Assembly: GCA_963674945.2 (NCBI GenBank)
Contig: CAXXWQ010000002.1
Coordinates: 288,001 to 352,000 of the forward strand
From: an uncultured Desulfosarcina sp.
GTDB lineage: Bacteria; Desulfobacterota; Desulfobacteria; Desulfobacterales; Desulfosarcinaceae
Length of the DNA stretch: 64,000 bases
Reading direction: 5' to 3'
Below the pieces are notes generated by a model. It did no database searches. It was not told the DNA's origin and saw only the letters and a program-made list of their open reading frames with translations. Below, one piece after another: positions 30,430 through 40,942 of this stretch (its first letter is position 1; the number at the start of each line of letters is the position of its first letter). A program made the translations under genes and the position numbers.

Positions 30430-31884
30430 CTAGTAGCGGTAGTGGTCCGCCTTGAATGGTCCCTCAACGGGAACGCCCAGATAGTCCGCCTGAACCTGCG
30501 TGAGGGTGGACAACTTGACACCCAGTCGATTCAGGTGGAGGCGAGCGACCTCCTCATCGAGCTTCTTCGGCAGCGTATACACTTTCTTTTCGTGGTCGAC
30601 GGATGCCAACTCGATCTGGGCTAGGCATTGGTTGGTAAAACTATTGCTCATGACGAAACTGGGATGGCCTGTTGCGCAGCCCAGGTTCACCAGCCGACCT
30701 TCTGCCAGCATGATGATGGAACGGCCCGAGGCCAGTGTCCATTTATCCACCTGGGGTTTGATGGGGGTCTTTTTGCAAACGTCGCTTTTATCCAGGTACT
30801 CCATGTCGATCTCATTGTCGAAGTGACCGATATTGCAAACGATCGCTTCATTCTTCATCTGTTCCATGTGCTCGCCGAGGATGACTTTATAGCAACCGGT
30901 GGCGGTCACGAAAATATCGCCGATGGGTGCAGCGTCTTCCATGGTGGTCACTTGGAAACCCTCCAAAACAGCCTGCAGGGCACAGATGGGATCGACCTCG
31001 GTGACCAGCACGCGGGCACCATAGCCGCGCATGGATTGGGCACATCCCTTGCCCACATCACCGTATCCGCACACAACGACCACTTTGCCGGCCATCATGA
31101 TGTCCGTCGCCCGCTTGATGCCGTCGGCGAGGGACTCACGGCAGCCATACAGGTTGTCGAATTTTGATTTGGTGACCGAATCGTTGACGTTGAAAGCGGG
31201 AAAGAGAAGCTCATTCTTTTGGGCCAGCTGATAGAGTCGATGGACGCCGGTTGTGGTCTCTTCGGAAACCCCACGGATCTTTGCGGCGATACGTTGCCAG
31301 AACCCGTTGTCCTTCTCAAAGCTCGCTTTGAGTCGTTCCATCAAAAGACGCATGTCCTCGGAATTGTAGTCTTTTTCCAGCAGGGAGGGGTCATTTTCGA
31401 CGGCCACTCCCTGGTGGACGAACAACGTGGCGTCACCACCGTCGTCGACGATCAAATCCGGTCCGCTTCCATCCGGCCACACCAGCGCCTGCTCGGTACA
31501 CCACCAGTACTCCGCCAAATTTTCCCCCTTCCAGGCAAATACGGCGGCCGATCCCTTTCGGGCGATGGCCGCGGCCGCGTGGTCCTGGGTGGAAAAGATG
31601 TTGCAGGATGCCCAACGAATATCCGCGCCAAGCGTTTTCAACGTATCGATGAGCATGGCGGTTTGGATGGTCATGTGCAGGCTGCCGGTAACCTTCATCC
31701 CCTTGAGGGGCTTGTCCGGTCCGTATTTTTCCCGAACGGCCATCAGGCCGGGCATTTCGTTTTCAGCCAGTTGCATCTCCTTGTCACCGAAATCGGCGAG
31801 GGTCATGTCGGCGACTTTATGGGACAGTGAACCGTCATAGGCCATGGGGCCTTCCAGGTTCACCACTTTCTCAGCGATTTTCAT
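30430..31884 (-). CDS. ahcY: Adenosylhomocysteinase
   Basis: [37 protein letters not shown] and GYGDVGKG motifs; C-terminal HYRY. Confidence 0.98.
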   Translation of the reverse strand: MKIAEKVVNLEGPMAYDGSLSHKVADMTLADFGDKEMQLAENEMPGLMAVREKYGPDKPLKGMKVTGSLHMTIQTAMLIDTLKTLGADIRWASCNIFSTQDHAAAAIARKGSAAVFAWKGENLAEYWWCTEQALVWPDGSGPDLIVDDGGDATLFVHQGVAVENDPSLLEKDYNSEDMRLLMERLKASFEKDNGFWQRIAAKIRGVSEETTTGVHRLYQLAQKNELLFPAFNVNDSVTKSKFDNLYGCRESLADGIKRATDIMMAGKVVVVCGYGDVGKGCAQSMRGYGARVLVTEVDPICALQAVLEGFQVTTMEDAAPIGDIFVTATGCYKVILGEHMEQMKNEAIVCNIGHFDNEIDMEYLDKSDVCKKTPIKPQVDKWTLASGRSIIMLAEGRLVNLGCATGHPSFVMSNSFTNQCLAQIELASVDHEKKVYTLPKKLDEEVARLHLNRLGVKLSTLTQVQADYLGVPVEGPFKADHYRY

Positions 31885-31904
31885 TTCTTATTCCTCCGTA
31901 TCGG

Positions 31905-33071
31905 CTATAAACCGGCTTTTTCGCGAATGATTTCCGCTTTGTTTGTATGCTCCCATGAAAACTCCGGTTCGCTTCTCCCGAAGTGACCATAAGCGGCGGT
32001 TTTGCGATAGATGGGGCGAAGCAGGTCGAGGTACTCGATGATGGCCGCCGGCCTCAGATCAAACACCTCCTTGACGATCTCTTCCACACGTTCCTTGGGG
32101 ACTTTGCCCGTGTGCATGAGATCGATCATGACCGACACCGGCTCCGCCACACCGATGGCATAGGCGATCTGAACTTCGCACTTGTTGGCCAGACCGGCTG
32201 CCACGATGTTCTTGGCCACATGACGCCCCATGTAGGAGGCACTGCGGTCCACCTTGGAAGGATCCTTACCCGAAAAACAGCCGCCACCGTGGCTGCCCTG
32301 TCCGCCATAGGTGTCGACGATGATCTTTCGTCCCGTGAGTCCGCAGTCTCCCATGGGGCCACCTACCACGAATCGTCCCGTCGGATTGATGAAATAGCGG
32401 GTGTCGCCATCGATCATCTCCCTGGGGATGACCTTCTTGATCACCTCTTCGATGATTGCCTCCCGAAGGTCTTCGTGGGTGACGTCCGGTTTGTGCTGGC
32501 TGGATACCACGATGGTGTCCACCCGGGCGGGCTGGCCGTCATGATATTCGATGGTAACCTGGGATTTTCCATCGGGCCGGAGAAAATCCAGTGCGCCGTT
32601 TTTTCGCACCTGGGTCAACCGCTTGGTGAGTTTATGTGCGTACATGATGGGCATGGGCATCAATTCGGGTGTTTCGTCCGTGGCAAAACCAAACATCAGC
32701 CCCTGGTCTCCGGCGCCCTGGTCCTTGAACAGGCCCTGGCCAACGGTCACCCCCTGTGAGATGTCCGGGCTTTGGTGGTCGATGCTGGTAATCACCGAGC
32801 AGGTACGCCAGTCGAATCCCATCTGGGAAGAGTGGTAGCCGATATCTTTAATGGTATCCCTGACGATCTGGGGCATGTCCACGTAGCACTCGGTGGTAAT
32901 TTCACCGGCGATAAAGGCCAAGCCGGTGGTGACGAGTGTCTCACAGGCGACGCGGCATCCTTTATCCTGGGCCATGATGGAATCGAGAATGGAATCGGAA
33001 ATGGCATCGGCGACCTTGTCCGGATGTCCCTCGGTAACCGATTCAGAGGTAAACAGAAATCTGTTGGTCAT
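31905..33071 (-). CDS. metK: S-adenosylmethionine synthetase
   Basis: [19 protein letters not shown] and [16 protein letters not shown] motifs. Confidence 0.98.
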   Translation of the reverse strand: MTNRFLFTSESVTEGHPDKVADAISDSILDSIMAQDKGCRVACETLVTTGLAFIAGEITTECYVDMPQIVRDTIKDIGYHSSQMGFDWRTCSVITSIDHQSPDISQGVTVGQGLFKDQGAGDQGLMFGFATDETPELMPMPIMYAHKLTKRLTQVRKNGALDFLRPDGKSQVTIEYHDGQPARVDTIVVSSQHKPDVTHEDLREAIIEEVIKKVIPREMIDGDTRYFINPTGRFVVGGPMGDCGLTGRKIIVDTYGGQGSHGGGCFSGKDPSKVDRSASYMGRHVAKNIVAAGLANKCEVQIAYAIGVAEPVSVMIDLMHTGKVPKERVEEIVKEVFDLRPAAIIEYLDLLRPIYRKTAAYGHFGRSEPEFSWEHTNKAEIIREKAGL

Positions 33072-33093
33072 GTAGGCTCTCCTTTATGAATTA

Positions 33094-33732
33094 TCATTTA
33101 TCAGCTGCGGATGTGTTCTCCTTATCTTTCACCATACTGCAGACCATGTCCCGTGCCGCCTTTAGATTCACCCGGCCCATATTGACAACGAGGTGATACA
33201 GCCGTGGATCCTCATAATCGGTCTTCCCCAGCCGTTTAAAGAGGTTGGCCCGTCTGCGGTCTTCACTGTTCACCACCCGTTCCGCTTTTTTCCGGTCCAT
33301 GCCGTAGCTGTTTATCAGGAACTGAATACGGTTCTCAAGTTCGTTTACCAACAGGATATGAACCGCGTCGGGGTGGTCGTTGAGAATGTACTGGCTGCCC
33401 CTTCCCAGGATCACCACATCTCCCTCATCAGCAAATTGGGCGATGATCAGCACCAGATAGTCCAAATAGATTTTTTCGTCAAGGTATCCCCGTTCATCAC
33501 CGAGGATCCGGTCTACCAGGTGTTTGGAGATCATGCTGGAGACCAATCGGGTCAGTTTGCTACCGGCCTCCTTTTCGAAGGATTCGACCCAGTTGGTCGA
33601 TACATTGGCCTCCTTGGCTACGCGTTGGATGATATCGCTATCGGCAAAGGTGTACCCCAGCTCTTCGGCAATCATTTTCCCGAGGGAGACACCCCCTGCG
33701 CCGAACTGCCTCGATATGGTTATAACCGCCAT
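33094..33732 (-). CDS. Cytidylate kinase-like family protein
   Basis: VITISRQFGAGG, VILGRG and D.RR...YHLVVN motifs. Confidence 0.88.
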   Translation of the reverse strand: MAVITISRQFGAGGVSLGKMIAEELGYTFADSDIIQRVAKEANVSTNWVESFEKEAGSKLTRLVSSMISKHLVDRILGDERGYLDEKIYLDYLVLIIAQFADEGDVVILGRGSQYILNDHPDAVHILLVNELENRIQFLINSYGMDRKKAERVVNSEDRRRANLFKRLGKTDYEDPRLYHLVVNMGRVNLKAARDMVCSMVKDKENTSAADK

Positions 33733-33777
33733 TTACGCCTCCTCAATATCATTGCAGGTTATAAGATCCTTACCATG

Positions 33778-34671
33778 CTATAACGCTTTGCTATCGTTTG
33801 TCGGGGGAGGGATGAGCAGGACCGGAAATACAGATTTTTCCACGAGTGCTTTGCCGATACTCGTTCCCCACCGGTCTCTCCACAAGTTTTTTTTCGGGGA
33901 ACCGGCGATAATCATGGAAGATTGGCACTCTCTGGCGGCTTTGTCAATTTCCGTAACCGTATCACCGATATAAACATGGGGTTTTGCCAAAATGCCGAAA
34001 TCTTCCAGGTCGTCACACAGGGCATCGAGTTTTTTCCGATTTTCCCTTCGGGTTTTTTGGATGGCCATGGCGGACGTCTCTTTCAGGTCCTTTTCGCTGG
34101 CAACATAGCAGACATCGACCCGCTGAATCACCTCTTTGAGGGGTTTGATGTATTCAATCGCAAGCGTATCGGATGCGGTCCAATTCGTTGCCAAAAGCGG
34201 TTTTTCGAAGGGATTTTCCGCAAGCGGCCCCTTTCGGTAAAGATACTTGTAGACCAGGACGGGGGTGGCGGAGCGGCGCACGATTTCGGTGATGTCGGAA
34301 CCCGAATAGAGCTGTTCGAGCTTTCCTTTTTTCTCCGGACTCAAAACGATGAGGTCCACCGACTCCTTCTCTGCAGCCTGAATGACCTGGCTGGCGAACT
34401 GCCCCACAACGATATAGACGCCAACTTCCATGCCTTGTTCGAAAAGGGTCTCCGCCCAGTCGATGAAGCGGATGTTGGCCTTTTCCCGCAGCCGTATCTC
34501 GGCACTTTTCTCATACCCTTTGCCCCGCCGCATGGCCACTTTTTCCCGGTCGATGATATTCAGAAAGACCACGTGGTTGAGGGAGGCCTTTCTCAGGTCC
34601 ATCAGAGACTGAAGTGCATCAAATCTGAGCTTGTCAAACCGGGTGACAAACAGCAGTTTTTCGATCTCCAT
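33778..34671 (-). CDS. Tandem-domain universal stress protein
   Basis: Two USP domains ending in PVLV and PVLLIP. Confidence 0.85.
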   Translation of the reverse strand: MEIEKLLFVTRFDKLRFDALQSLMDLRKASLNHVVFLNIIDREKVAMRRGKGYEKSAEIRLREKANIRFIDWAETLFEQGMEVGVYIVVGQFASQVIQAAEKESVDLIVLSPEKKGKLEQLYSGSDITEIVRRSATPVLVYKYLYRKGPLAENPFEKPLLATNWTASDTLAIEYIKPLKEVIQRVDVCYVASEKDLKETSAMAIQKTRRENRKKLDALCDDLEDFGILAKPHVYIGDTVTEIDKAARECQSSMIIAGSPKKNLWRDRWGTSIGKALVEKSVFPVLLIPPPTNDSKAL

Positions 34672-34725
34672 GTTTCCCCATCCTTACCGCCCAAGCAGAT
34701 GATTGCAGCTTTTCCATGCCGCCAT

Positions 34726-35118
34726 CTAGCCGATTAGTTTCTTGATTTCACCGGCGAGTTCTTCCGGCTCGACGGGTTTTTCCAAATAGACATCCGGTTC
34801 GGGAACCGGTTTGTCTCCGAATTCCGTCAGCGCTTTCTGGGAACGCAAGAAGGTACGCTTGGCAACGCCGGAAAGGATGATCACCGGAATGCCCATCAAG
34901 GTCTTATCCGTCTTCAACTCCCGGTAGAGTCGAATACCGCTCTGTTTGGGCATCAAGACATCCAGTACCACGAGGTCCGGCGGGTCCTTTTTTATAATAT
35001 TCAACCCCTCTTCACCGTTCGCCGCTTCCACCGGTGTATAGCCATTCTCTTCAACGACGGTGGAGTTAAACATCCGTACATCCGGATCGTCGTCGACAAT
35101 CAACACTTTCTTACTCAT
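34726..35118 (-). CDS. Single-domain response regulator
   Basis: VLIVDDD, LDVLMP and EKP motifs. Confidence 0.92.
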   Translation of the reverse strand: MSKKVLIVDDDPDVRMFNSTVVEENGYTPVEAANGEEGLNIIKKDPPDLVVLDVLMPKQSGIRLYRELKTDKTLMGIPVIILSGVAKRTFLRSQKALTEFGDKPVPEPDVYLEKPVEPEELAGEIKKLIG

Positions 35119-35209
35119 GAGTATCCTCCTTTTCGGGGCATCCTGTCTTATAACCTTCTTTCATCGTTTGATAAATAGTAGGCAACGGTTTTGCTTTCGG
35201 GTTTACAAA

Positions 35210-38200
35210 TCAAAGGGATACCGAATTTTCTTCTTCGTGGGCAATGGGAAACCGAAGCGTGAATGTGGTTCCCGCACCTTCGGTTGAGACGACATCGATC
35301 GTGCCCTTGTGCTCTTCCATCAGTTTGGCCGTGACCAACAGACCGAGTCCCGTTCCCTTTACCCCCTTCGTGCTGAAAAAGGAGGTGAACAGCTTGTCCT
35401 TGACCTCTTCCGACATGCCGGAACCGTTGTCCGATATATCGAAACGGATGATTTCGTCCCCCTCCCGTTCGGTGGTAACGGTCACCGTGTGCGCTTTGTC
35501 CATGTTCGGATCGAAGATACATGCATCGATGGCATTCGTCACCATATTCAATAAACAGCGGTGGACCGTGCGCGGGTCCATCATCATCGGTGCAATCTTA
35601 TCAGAAAATTGTTTGATCAGGGAGACATCGTTCTCTTTGGCCACGTTTTCCATCAGTTCGCAAACATCGTCTGCGATTTCGTTCGGATGGACCAGTTCGA
35701 ATTCGGGCACCCGTTCCTTGGAGTAAGAGAGCAGGTCCATGACCAGGTCCGAGGTCCGGGAGATGTTGCGCTGGATCATCTGCCACCCGTTCTTCAGCTT
35801 TTCGGTGTCGTCCCGTTTCAATCCAACGTCCATCAGAAAGCTGCCGCCTTTGAATCCATGGAGGATATTCTTGATGCAATGGGCCATGCCGGCAACGGTC
35901 TGGCCCACGGCCGCCAATCTTTCGCTGTTGACCAGTTCTCTCTCCAGCCGTTTGATTTCCCGCAGATCCTGGAAAAAGGCCACGGTACCCATCATTTTCC
36001 GTCTTTCACGGAGTACGGATCCGGATACGCGAACGGGGATGGTCTCTCCACTGCAGGAGGTGACTTCGGTCTCCGTCCAGGCAAGGGTGTCGCTGTCGTC
36101 ACCGTCCAGTCCGGTACGCCCAAGTGTTTCCTGCACCCATTGGGGCAGATAGTCCCGGGCATCCTTTCGTTCCACCACGTCTTCGCTGCAATAGCCGAAG
36201 ATGTGCTCTGCAGCGGGGTTGAAGATGACGGTGTTCCACTGGTCGTCCGTGGCGATGATGCCGTCACGGGCGCTTTTGATCAGTTTTGATTGGAAATTGG
36301 ATTGTCGAACGATCTCCTCCTGCAACAGGGCGTTTTCCATAGTGGCGCCGATCCGGTTGCCCACCAGATCCAACAGGTGCAGTTCCTCGGACGAGAAGCG
36401 TTGGGTATCCCTCTCGACGCGCATCACGCCCAATCCTTTGCTCTCCTTGGCGCTGATGGGAATATAGGCGAAGGTTGGAAAGGTTTTGTCTCGATTATCG
36501 GTAAGTTGGCCCTGGTGATCGCCCTCACTGTAAACGACGGGTTTATCGGTTCGCAAAACCTTTCGCATGATTTCCGTTTCCGCTTCGGGACCGGCCTGAC
36601 CGTACCCCGGCGCGGCATAGCAGGCGTTGAAATAGCGAAGGTCGAACCGCTCCTGGTCTTCCGACATATACAGGCAGACACTGTCCGCCTTCATAAAGTC
36701 GCGGATCTCCAATACGGCCTCTTCGATGCGTTCTGTCAGGGGATGTTGGGTGTTGAGGGCCGTGTAGATGGAATACAATGTGGTGAGTTCCCGGTTGCGC
36801 CAGATCTGCTCTTCCTCCGCCTGTTTGGACGCGGTGGTGTCCAGCAATGTCTCGATGGCGCCGATGACGGTTCCATCGGCGGCCTTGATGGGTGCCGCGG
36901 TGAACCAGCACCATCGGCCACCGGAGCCCAGTTTGGCAAAAAAAATTTCAGCCTCGTACCCACCTTCGATCAGTTTGGATTCTTTCCACTTTCCGCCGAA
37001 AAGATCCCAAAACTCCTGTTCGTTCTTCTGGTCCAGGATCAGGTCCGCCATGGTCGGGCGCTTTGTGTCCCAAAAAGGAGCCCATTGTCGATTGGTACCC
37101 ACCATGTCGGAAGATGGGTGACCGGTGAGGTTCTCCAATGCCTGGTTCCAGTGGGTGATCACATGATCCTGATTGATGACGAACGTTGGAATTGTGCTGC
37201 CTTGAATGATCTGGGACAGCGTCCGCTGGTTCTCTTCCAGTTTGCGGGTGTATTGCTGGCGGTCGGCTTCGGCCCGTTTCTTTTCCGTGTTGTCCCAAAA
37301 TGTTTCGATGGCGCCGATGACGGTTCCATCGGCAGCCTTGATGGGTGCCGCGGTGAACCAGCACCATCGGCCACCGGAGCCCAGTTTGGGGAAGAAGTTT
37401 TCCGCTTCGTAGGCACCTTCGATGATTTCGGACTTTTTCCACTTGCCGCCGTATAGATCCCACACTTCCTGGTCGCTTTTTTGATCCAGAATCACATCGG
37501 CCATACTCGGGCGTTCGGTCTCATAGAAGGGGACCCATTGGCGGTTGGTGCCGATCATCTGGGGCGCGGTGTAATCGGTCAGTAACTCCAGGGCCCTGTT
37601 CCAGTGGGTGATGACGTGATCCTGGTTGATGACGAATGTGGGAACGGTGCTTCCCTGGATGATTTGGGCCAGGGTTCTGCGACTCTCCTCCAGTTCCCGA
37701 TTATGGCGCAGGCGCTGGGCATCGCTTTCTTTCTTCCCGGTGGTGTCCCAGAAGGTTTCGATGGCACCGATGACGCCGCCATCGGTGGCGCGGATGGGGG
37801 CTGCGGTGAAAAAAAGCCATTTCCCCCCGGAGCCCAGTTTGGGGAAAAAGAGTTCGGCTTCATAGGCACCGTCGATGAGTTCGGATTTTCTCCACTTGCC
37901 GCCGTAAAGCTCCCACACCTCCTGTTCACTTCGTTGCTCCAGGATCACATCGGCCATGGATGGACGCTGTTTATCCCAGAAGGGTACCCACTGGTTGCGC
38001 GTTCCTACCATCTTGGTGGACAAATAGCCGGTCAATTTCTCCAGGGCCCTGTTCCAGTGGGTGATAACATGGTCCTGATTCAGGACAAAGGTGGGGATGG
38101 TGCTGCCCTGGATGATCTGGGTAAGCTGGTTTTCACTTTCTTCGATGCGAGTCAGGTCGCGGCGATGTTCGGCTTCCTTCCGTTTTTTATCGGTGATGTC

Positions 38201-39997
38201 CCAAAGGGTTTCGATGGCCCCCACCAATGACCCGTCGGAGGCCTTGATGGGAGCGGCCGTGAAGGTCAGCCATCGGCCGTTTTCGCCGAGATGTTCGAAA
38301 AACTCCTCGGCCTCGTAGGCACCGTCCACCAGAGACGACGGCCGCCAACTGGCGCCGTAATACTGGCTGATCTCACCGGTCTCCAACTGGTCGAGGATCA
38401 TGTCCGCCATGATCGGCCGGGCCTTGCTTCGAAACGGCTTCCAGTGGTGGTTGGTTCCCACCATTTCACTGGTGGAATAACCGGTGAGTTTTTCCAGAGC
38501 CCTGTTCCAATGGGTGACGATGTGGTTACGGTTGATGACGAAGGTGGGAACCGTGCTTCCCTGGATGATTTGTGACAGGGTCTGCTCGGTCTCCTCCAAC
38601 TCCTTGACGTGGCGACGGCTTTCCGTTTCCGCCCGTTTCTTTTCGGTTGTATCCCAAAGGGTTTCCATGGCTCCCACCACGGTGCCATCGGCGGTCTTCA
38701 ACGGGCTTGCCGTAAACCAGCACCACCTTCCCTTTCTTCCGAGTTTCGGGAAAAACGTTTCGGCCTCATACGCGTCCTCGACGAGGCTGGATTTTCGCCA
38801 GTGGTTACCGTAGAGATCCCGGATCTCATCCTCGCCGATCTGTTCCATGATCACGTCGGCCATGGAGGGGCGTTCGCTGTCCCAAAAGGGCTCCCACTGA
38901 CGCCGTGTACCGACCATGCGGGCCGCCGGATATCCCGTCAGTTTTTCCAGGGCCGGATTCCAGTGGGTAATTACATGATTCCGATCGAGAACGAAGGTGG
39001 GAATGGTGCTGGCCTGGATGATCTGGGACAGGGTTCGCTCACTCTCCTCGATGCGGCGAATGTGTTTGCGGCGCTCCACATCGGCCCGCTGGTTTTCGGT
39101 ATTGTCCCAGATGGTCTCGATGGCACCGATGATGGCGCCATTGGAGGCGCGAATGGGAGCGGCGGTAAAGAAAAGCCAGCGACCGCCGTCGCCCATATGC
39201 TCGAAAAACTCTTCTGCTTCGAAACCGCCGTTTACCAGGGTGGAAATCCGCCATTTGGAACCATAGTAATGGTCGATTTCCCCGGTCTCCAGCTGGTCGA
39301 GAATCACGTCTGCCATAATCGGACGCTCTTTTCGGCGAAACGGCTTCCAGTGGTCCCGGGTGCCGATCATGGATTCGGCCGCGTATCCGGTCAACTCCTC
39401 CAGGGCATGGTTCCAGTGGGTGACGACATGGTCGCGGTTGATGACGAAGGTGGGAATGGTGCTTCCCTGGATAATCTGGCTCAGGGTCTTTTCGTTTTCA
39501 TACAATTCCGTTTCGATCTGTTTGAACCGACGGTTTCGGTGCATCAGGATGTCTGCTGTCTGTCGGAAGGCGTCGTGGAGCCGCTGCGTTACCGTTTCAA
39601 CGGTAAGGGACGATTCATCCAGAAGATCCAGGGTGTTCTGACGGATGGTTTCGAGTTGCAGCAGATCCCACAGAAAACGTGAATCCTGGTGATCGATCAA
39701 TTCCACCTGTGAGGGTTTGAATCGGGATATGGACCTTGCCAGATCGAGGTCCCAGGTCACTTCGACAATGGTCTCCAACCCCTCCAGCCGGCAGATTTCG
39801 CGCCAGTTGCGGAAGGTCGGAATATTCATGGAACGGGCGTAGACCATGCCCGGAGCGTCTTCATTGAGATCGGCGACACCGAGAACTGTTGGATGGCGGC
39901 CGGAAAATGGCGCGCCGAGCAGGTGGCGGAGCAACTTGTCACAAAACCGGCCGCCACCGACGATGGAGATTTTCGCATTTTCAATATTTCGGATCAT
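35210..39997 (-). CDS. Cytoplasmic sensor histidine kinase (Rossmann-like N-terminus, 6 tandem PAS, GAF, PAS, HisKA, HATPase)
   Basis: ISIVGGGRF N-terminus; six LSQIIQGSTIPTFV-type repeats; H-box MAHCIKN; GTGLGL; no TM segment seen. Confidence 0.93.
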   Translation of the reverse strand: MIRNIENAKISIVGGGRFCDKLLRHLLGAPFSGRHPTVLGVADLNEDAPGMVYARSMNIPTFRNWREICRLEGLETIVEVTWDLDLARSISRFKPSQVELIDHQDSRFLWDLLQLETIRQNTLDLLDESSLTVETVTQRLHDAFRQTADILMHRNRRFKQIETELYENEKTLSQIIQGSTIPTFVINRDHVVTHWNHALEELTGYAAESMIGTRDHWKPFRRKERPIMADVILDQLETGEIDHYYGSKWRISTLVNGGFEAEEFFEHMGDGGRWLFFTAAPIRASNGAIIGAIETIWDNTENQRADVERRKHIRRIEESERTLSQIIQASTIPTFVLDRNHVITHWNPALEKLTGYPAARMVGTRRQWEPFWDSERPSMADVIMEQIGEDEIRDLYGNHWRKSSLVEDAYEAETFFPKLGRKGRWCWFTASPLKTADGTVVGAMETLWDTTEKKRAETESRRHVKELEETEQTLSQIIQGSTVPTFVINRNHIVTHWNRALEKLTGYSTSEMVGTNHHWKPFRSKARPIMADMILDQLETGEISQYYGASWRPSSLVDGAYEAEEFFEHLGENGRWLTFTAAPIKASDGSLVGAIETLWDITDKKRKEAEHRRDLTRIEESENQLTQIIQGSTIPTFVLNQDHVITHWNRALEKLTGYLSTKMVGTRNQWVPFWDKQRPSMADVILEQRSEQEVWELYGGKWRKSELIDGAYEAELFFPKLGSGGKWLFFTAAPIRATDGGVIGAIETFWDTTGKKESDAQRLRHNRELEESRRTLAQIIQGSTVPTFVINQDHVITHWNRALELLTDYTAPQMIGTNRQWVPFYETERPSMADVILDQKSDQEVWDLYGGKWKKSEIIEGAYEAENFFPKLGSGGRWCWFTAAPIKAADGTVIGAIETFWDNTEKKRAEADRQQYTRKLEENQRTLSQIIQGSTIPTFVINQDHVITHWNQALENLTGHPSSDMVGTNRQWAPFWDTKRPTMADLILDQKNEQEFWDLFGGKWKESKLIEGGYEAEIFFAKLGSGGRWCWFTAAPIKAADGTVIGAIETLLDTTASKQAEEEQIWRNRELTTLYSIYTALNTQHPLTERIEEAVLEIRDFMKADSVCLYMSEDQERFDLRYFNACYAAPGYGQAGPEAETEIMRKVLRTDKPVVYSEGDHQGQLTDNRDKTFPTFAYIPISAKESKGLGVMRVERDTQRFSSEELHLLDLVGNRIGATMENALLQEEIVRQSNFQSKLIKSARDGIIATDDQWNTVIFNPAAEHIFGYCSEDVVERKDARDYLPQWVQETLGRTGLDGDDSDTLAWTETEVTSCSGETIPVRVSGSVLRERRKMMGTVAFFQDLREIKRLERELVNSERLAAVGQTVAGMAHCIKNILHGFKGGSFLMDVGLKRDDTEKLKNGWQMIQRNISRTSDLVMDLLSYSKERVPEFELVHPNEIADDVCELMENVAKENDVSLIKQFSDKIAPMMMDPRTVHRCLLNMVTNAIDACIFDPNMDKAHTVTVTTEREGDEIIRFDISDNGSGMSEEVKDKLFTSFFSTKGVKGTGLGLLVTAKLMEEHKGTIDVVSTEGAGTTFTLRFPIAHEEENSVSL

Positions 39998-40039
39998 AAG
40001 GGTTTCCGATCGAACAATGTAATTTTCATCAAGCGTTTA

Positions 40040-40927
40040 TTATGGGACCAATAACACCGGCAGTTCGCTCAACTCGGCGATCCGATGGGAGATGCCTCCC
40101 AGCCAATACTCGTGAAACCAGTCCTTCCCGGTACGTCCCATGACGATCATGGATGCGGAAAATTCGCGTGAAATCCTCAAAATCTCTTCCACGGTTCGTC
40201 CCATGGCCAGGTGACATTCGCCTTCGATGCCGGCGGCATCGATCTGGCGACAGTATTCGGCGAGCCGTTTTTCGCTCTCTTTTTCCAATTGTTGAATCGC
40301 CGTTTGATCCAGGTGCTTGGTTCGCCGGGCTCCCAACACATGGGTGACGATGACCTTTTCCGCCAGCCCTTTCAGGGACAAAGCGGTTTCCAACGCTTTC
40401 CCAGAGGGCTGTGACCAGTCGGTGGCAATAAGGGGACGCTTCCAGATTTGATCATTGGTACGAATCGCCGATTCGCCCTGCCATTCGTAGTGAACGACGT
40501 ATTTGCTCATTATGACCGGTATATCACTGCGGCGAAGGATATCCAAGATATGGGTGCCGACGTAGATTTTTTCAAGGGGCGTCCTTTTTTTTCGTCCAAC
40601 GACGATCAGATCGACATTCTCCTCCTTGGCGATATCCAGGATGAGGGCATTGGGAGCCCCCACTTCGATGCGCTGGCAAAATGAAATCTCCGGATCATCG
40701 ATGGTCCGGATCCAGTCATCGAATGTGACGCGGGCCTTTTCGACAAACCGCTTCTGATCCTCCTTCAACACGCCGCCGTAGGGGACGAAGGCCACATCCT
40801 CTCGGGGAATCACATGGGTCAACACGATTTTTTTCAGGCCCACGGTTTTCAATTCAAGAAAGGACTTCAATGAGTTAAATGCCAATTCCCGAAAACGGGT
40901 GTGAAAAAGCAATGTTTGAAATGGCAT
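40040..40927 (-). CDS. Tandem-domain universal stress protein
   Basis: DLIVVGR, ATDWS and IVMGRTG...LGGISHRIAELSELPVLLVP motifs. Confidence 0.88.
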   Translation of the reverse strand: MPFQTLLFHTRFRELAFNSLKSFLELKTVGLKKIVLTHVIPREDVAFVPYGGVLKEDQKRFVEKARVTFDDWIRTIDDPEISFCQRIEVGAPNALILDIAKEENVDLIVVGRKKRTPLEKIYVGTHILDILRRSDIPVIMSKYVVHYEWQGESAIRTNDQIWKRPLIATDWSQPSGKALETALSLKGLAEKVIVTHVLGARRTKHLDQTAIQQLEKESEKRLAEYCRQIDAAGIEGECHLAMGRTVEEILRISREFSASMIVMGRTGKDWFHEYWLGGISHRIAELSELPVLLVP

Positions 40928-40942
40928 CGTTTGCCTGCCTCG

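Noticed and set aside
36790..39490. Diversity-generating retroelement TR/VR pair
   Set aside because: The repeats are in-frame PAS domain duplications, differences are not obviously adenine-specific, and no reverse transcriptase is present.
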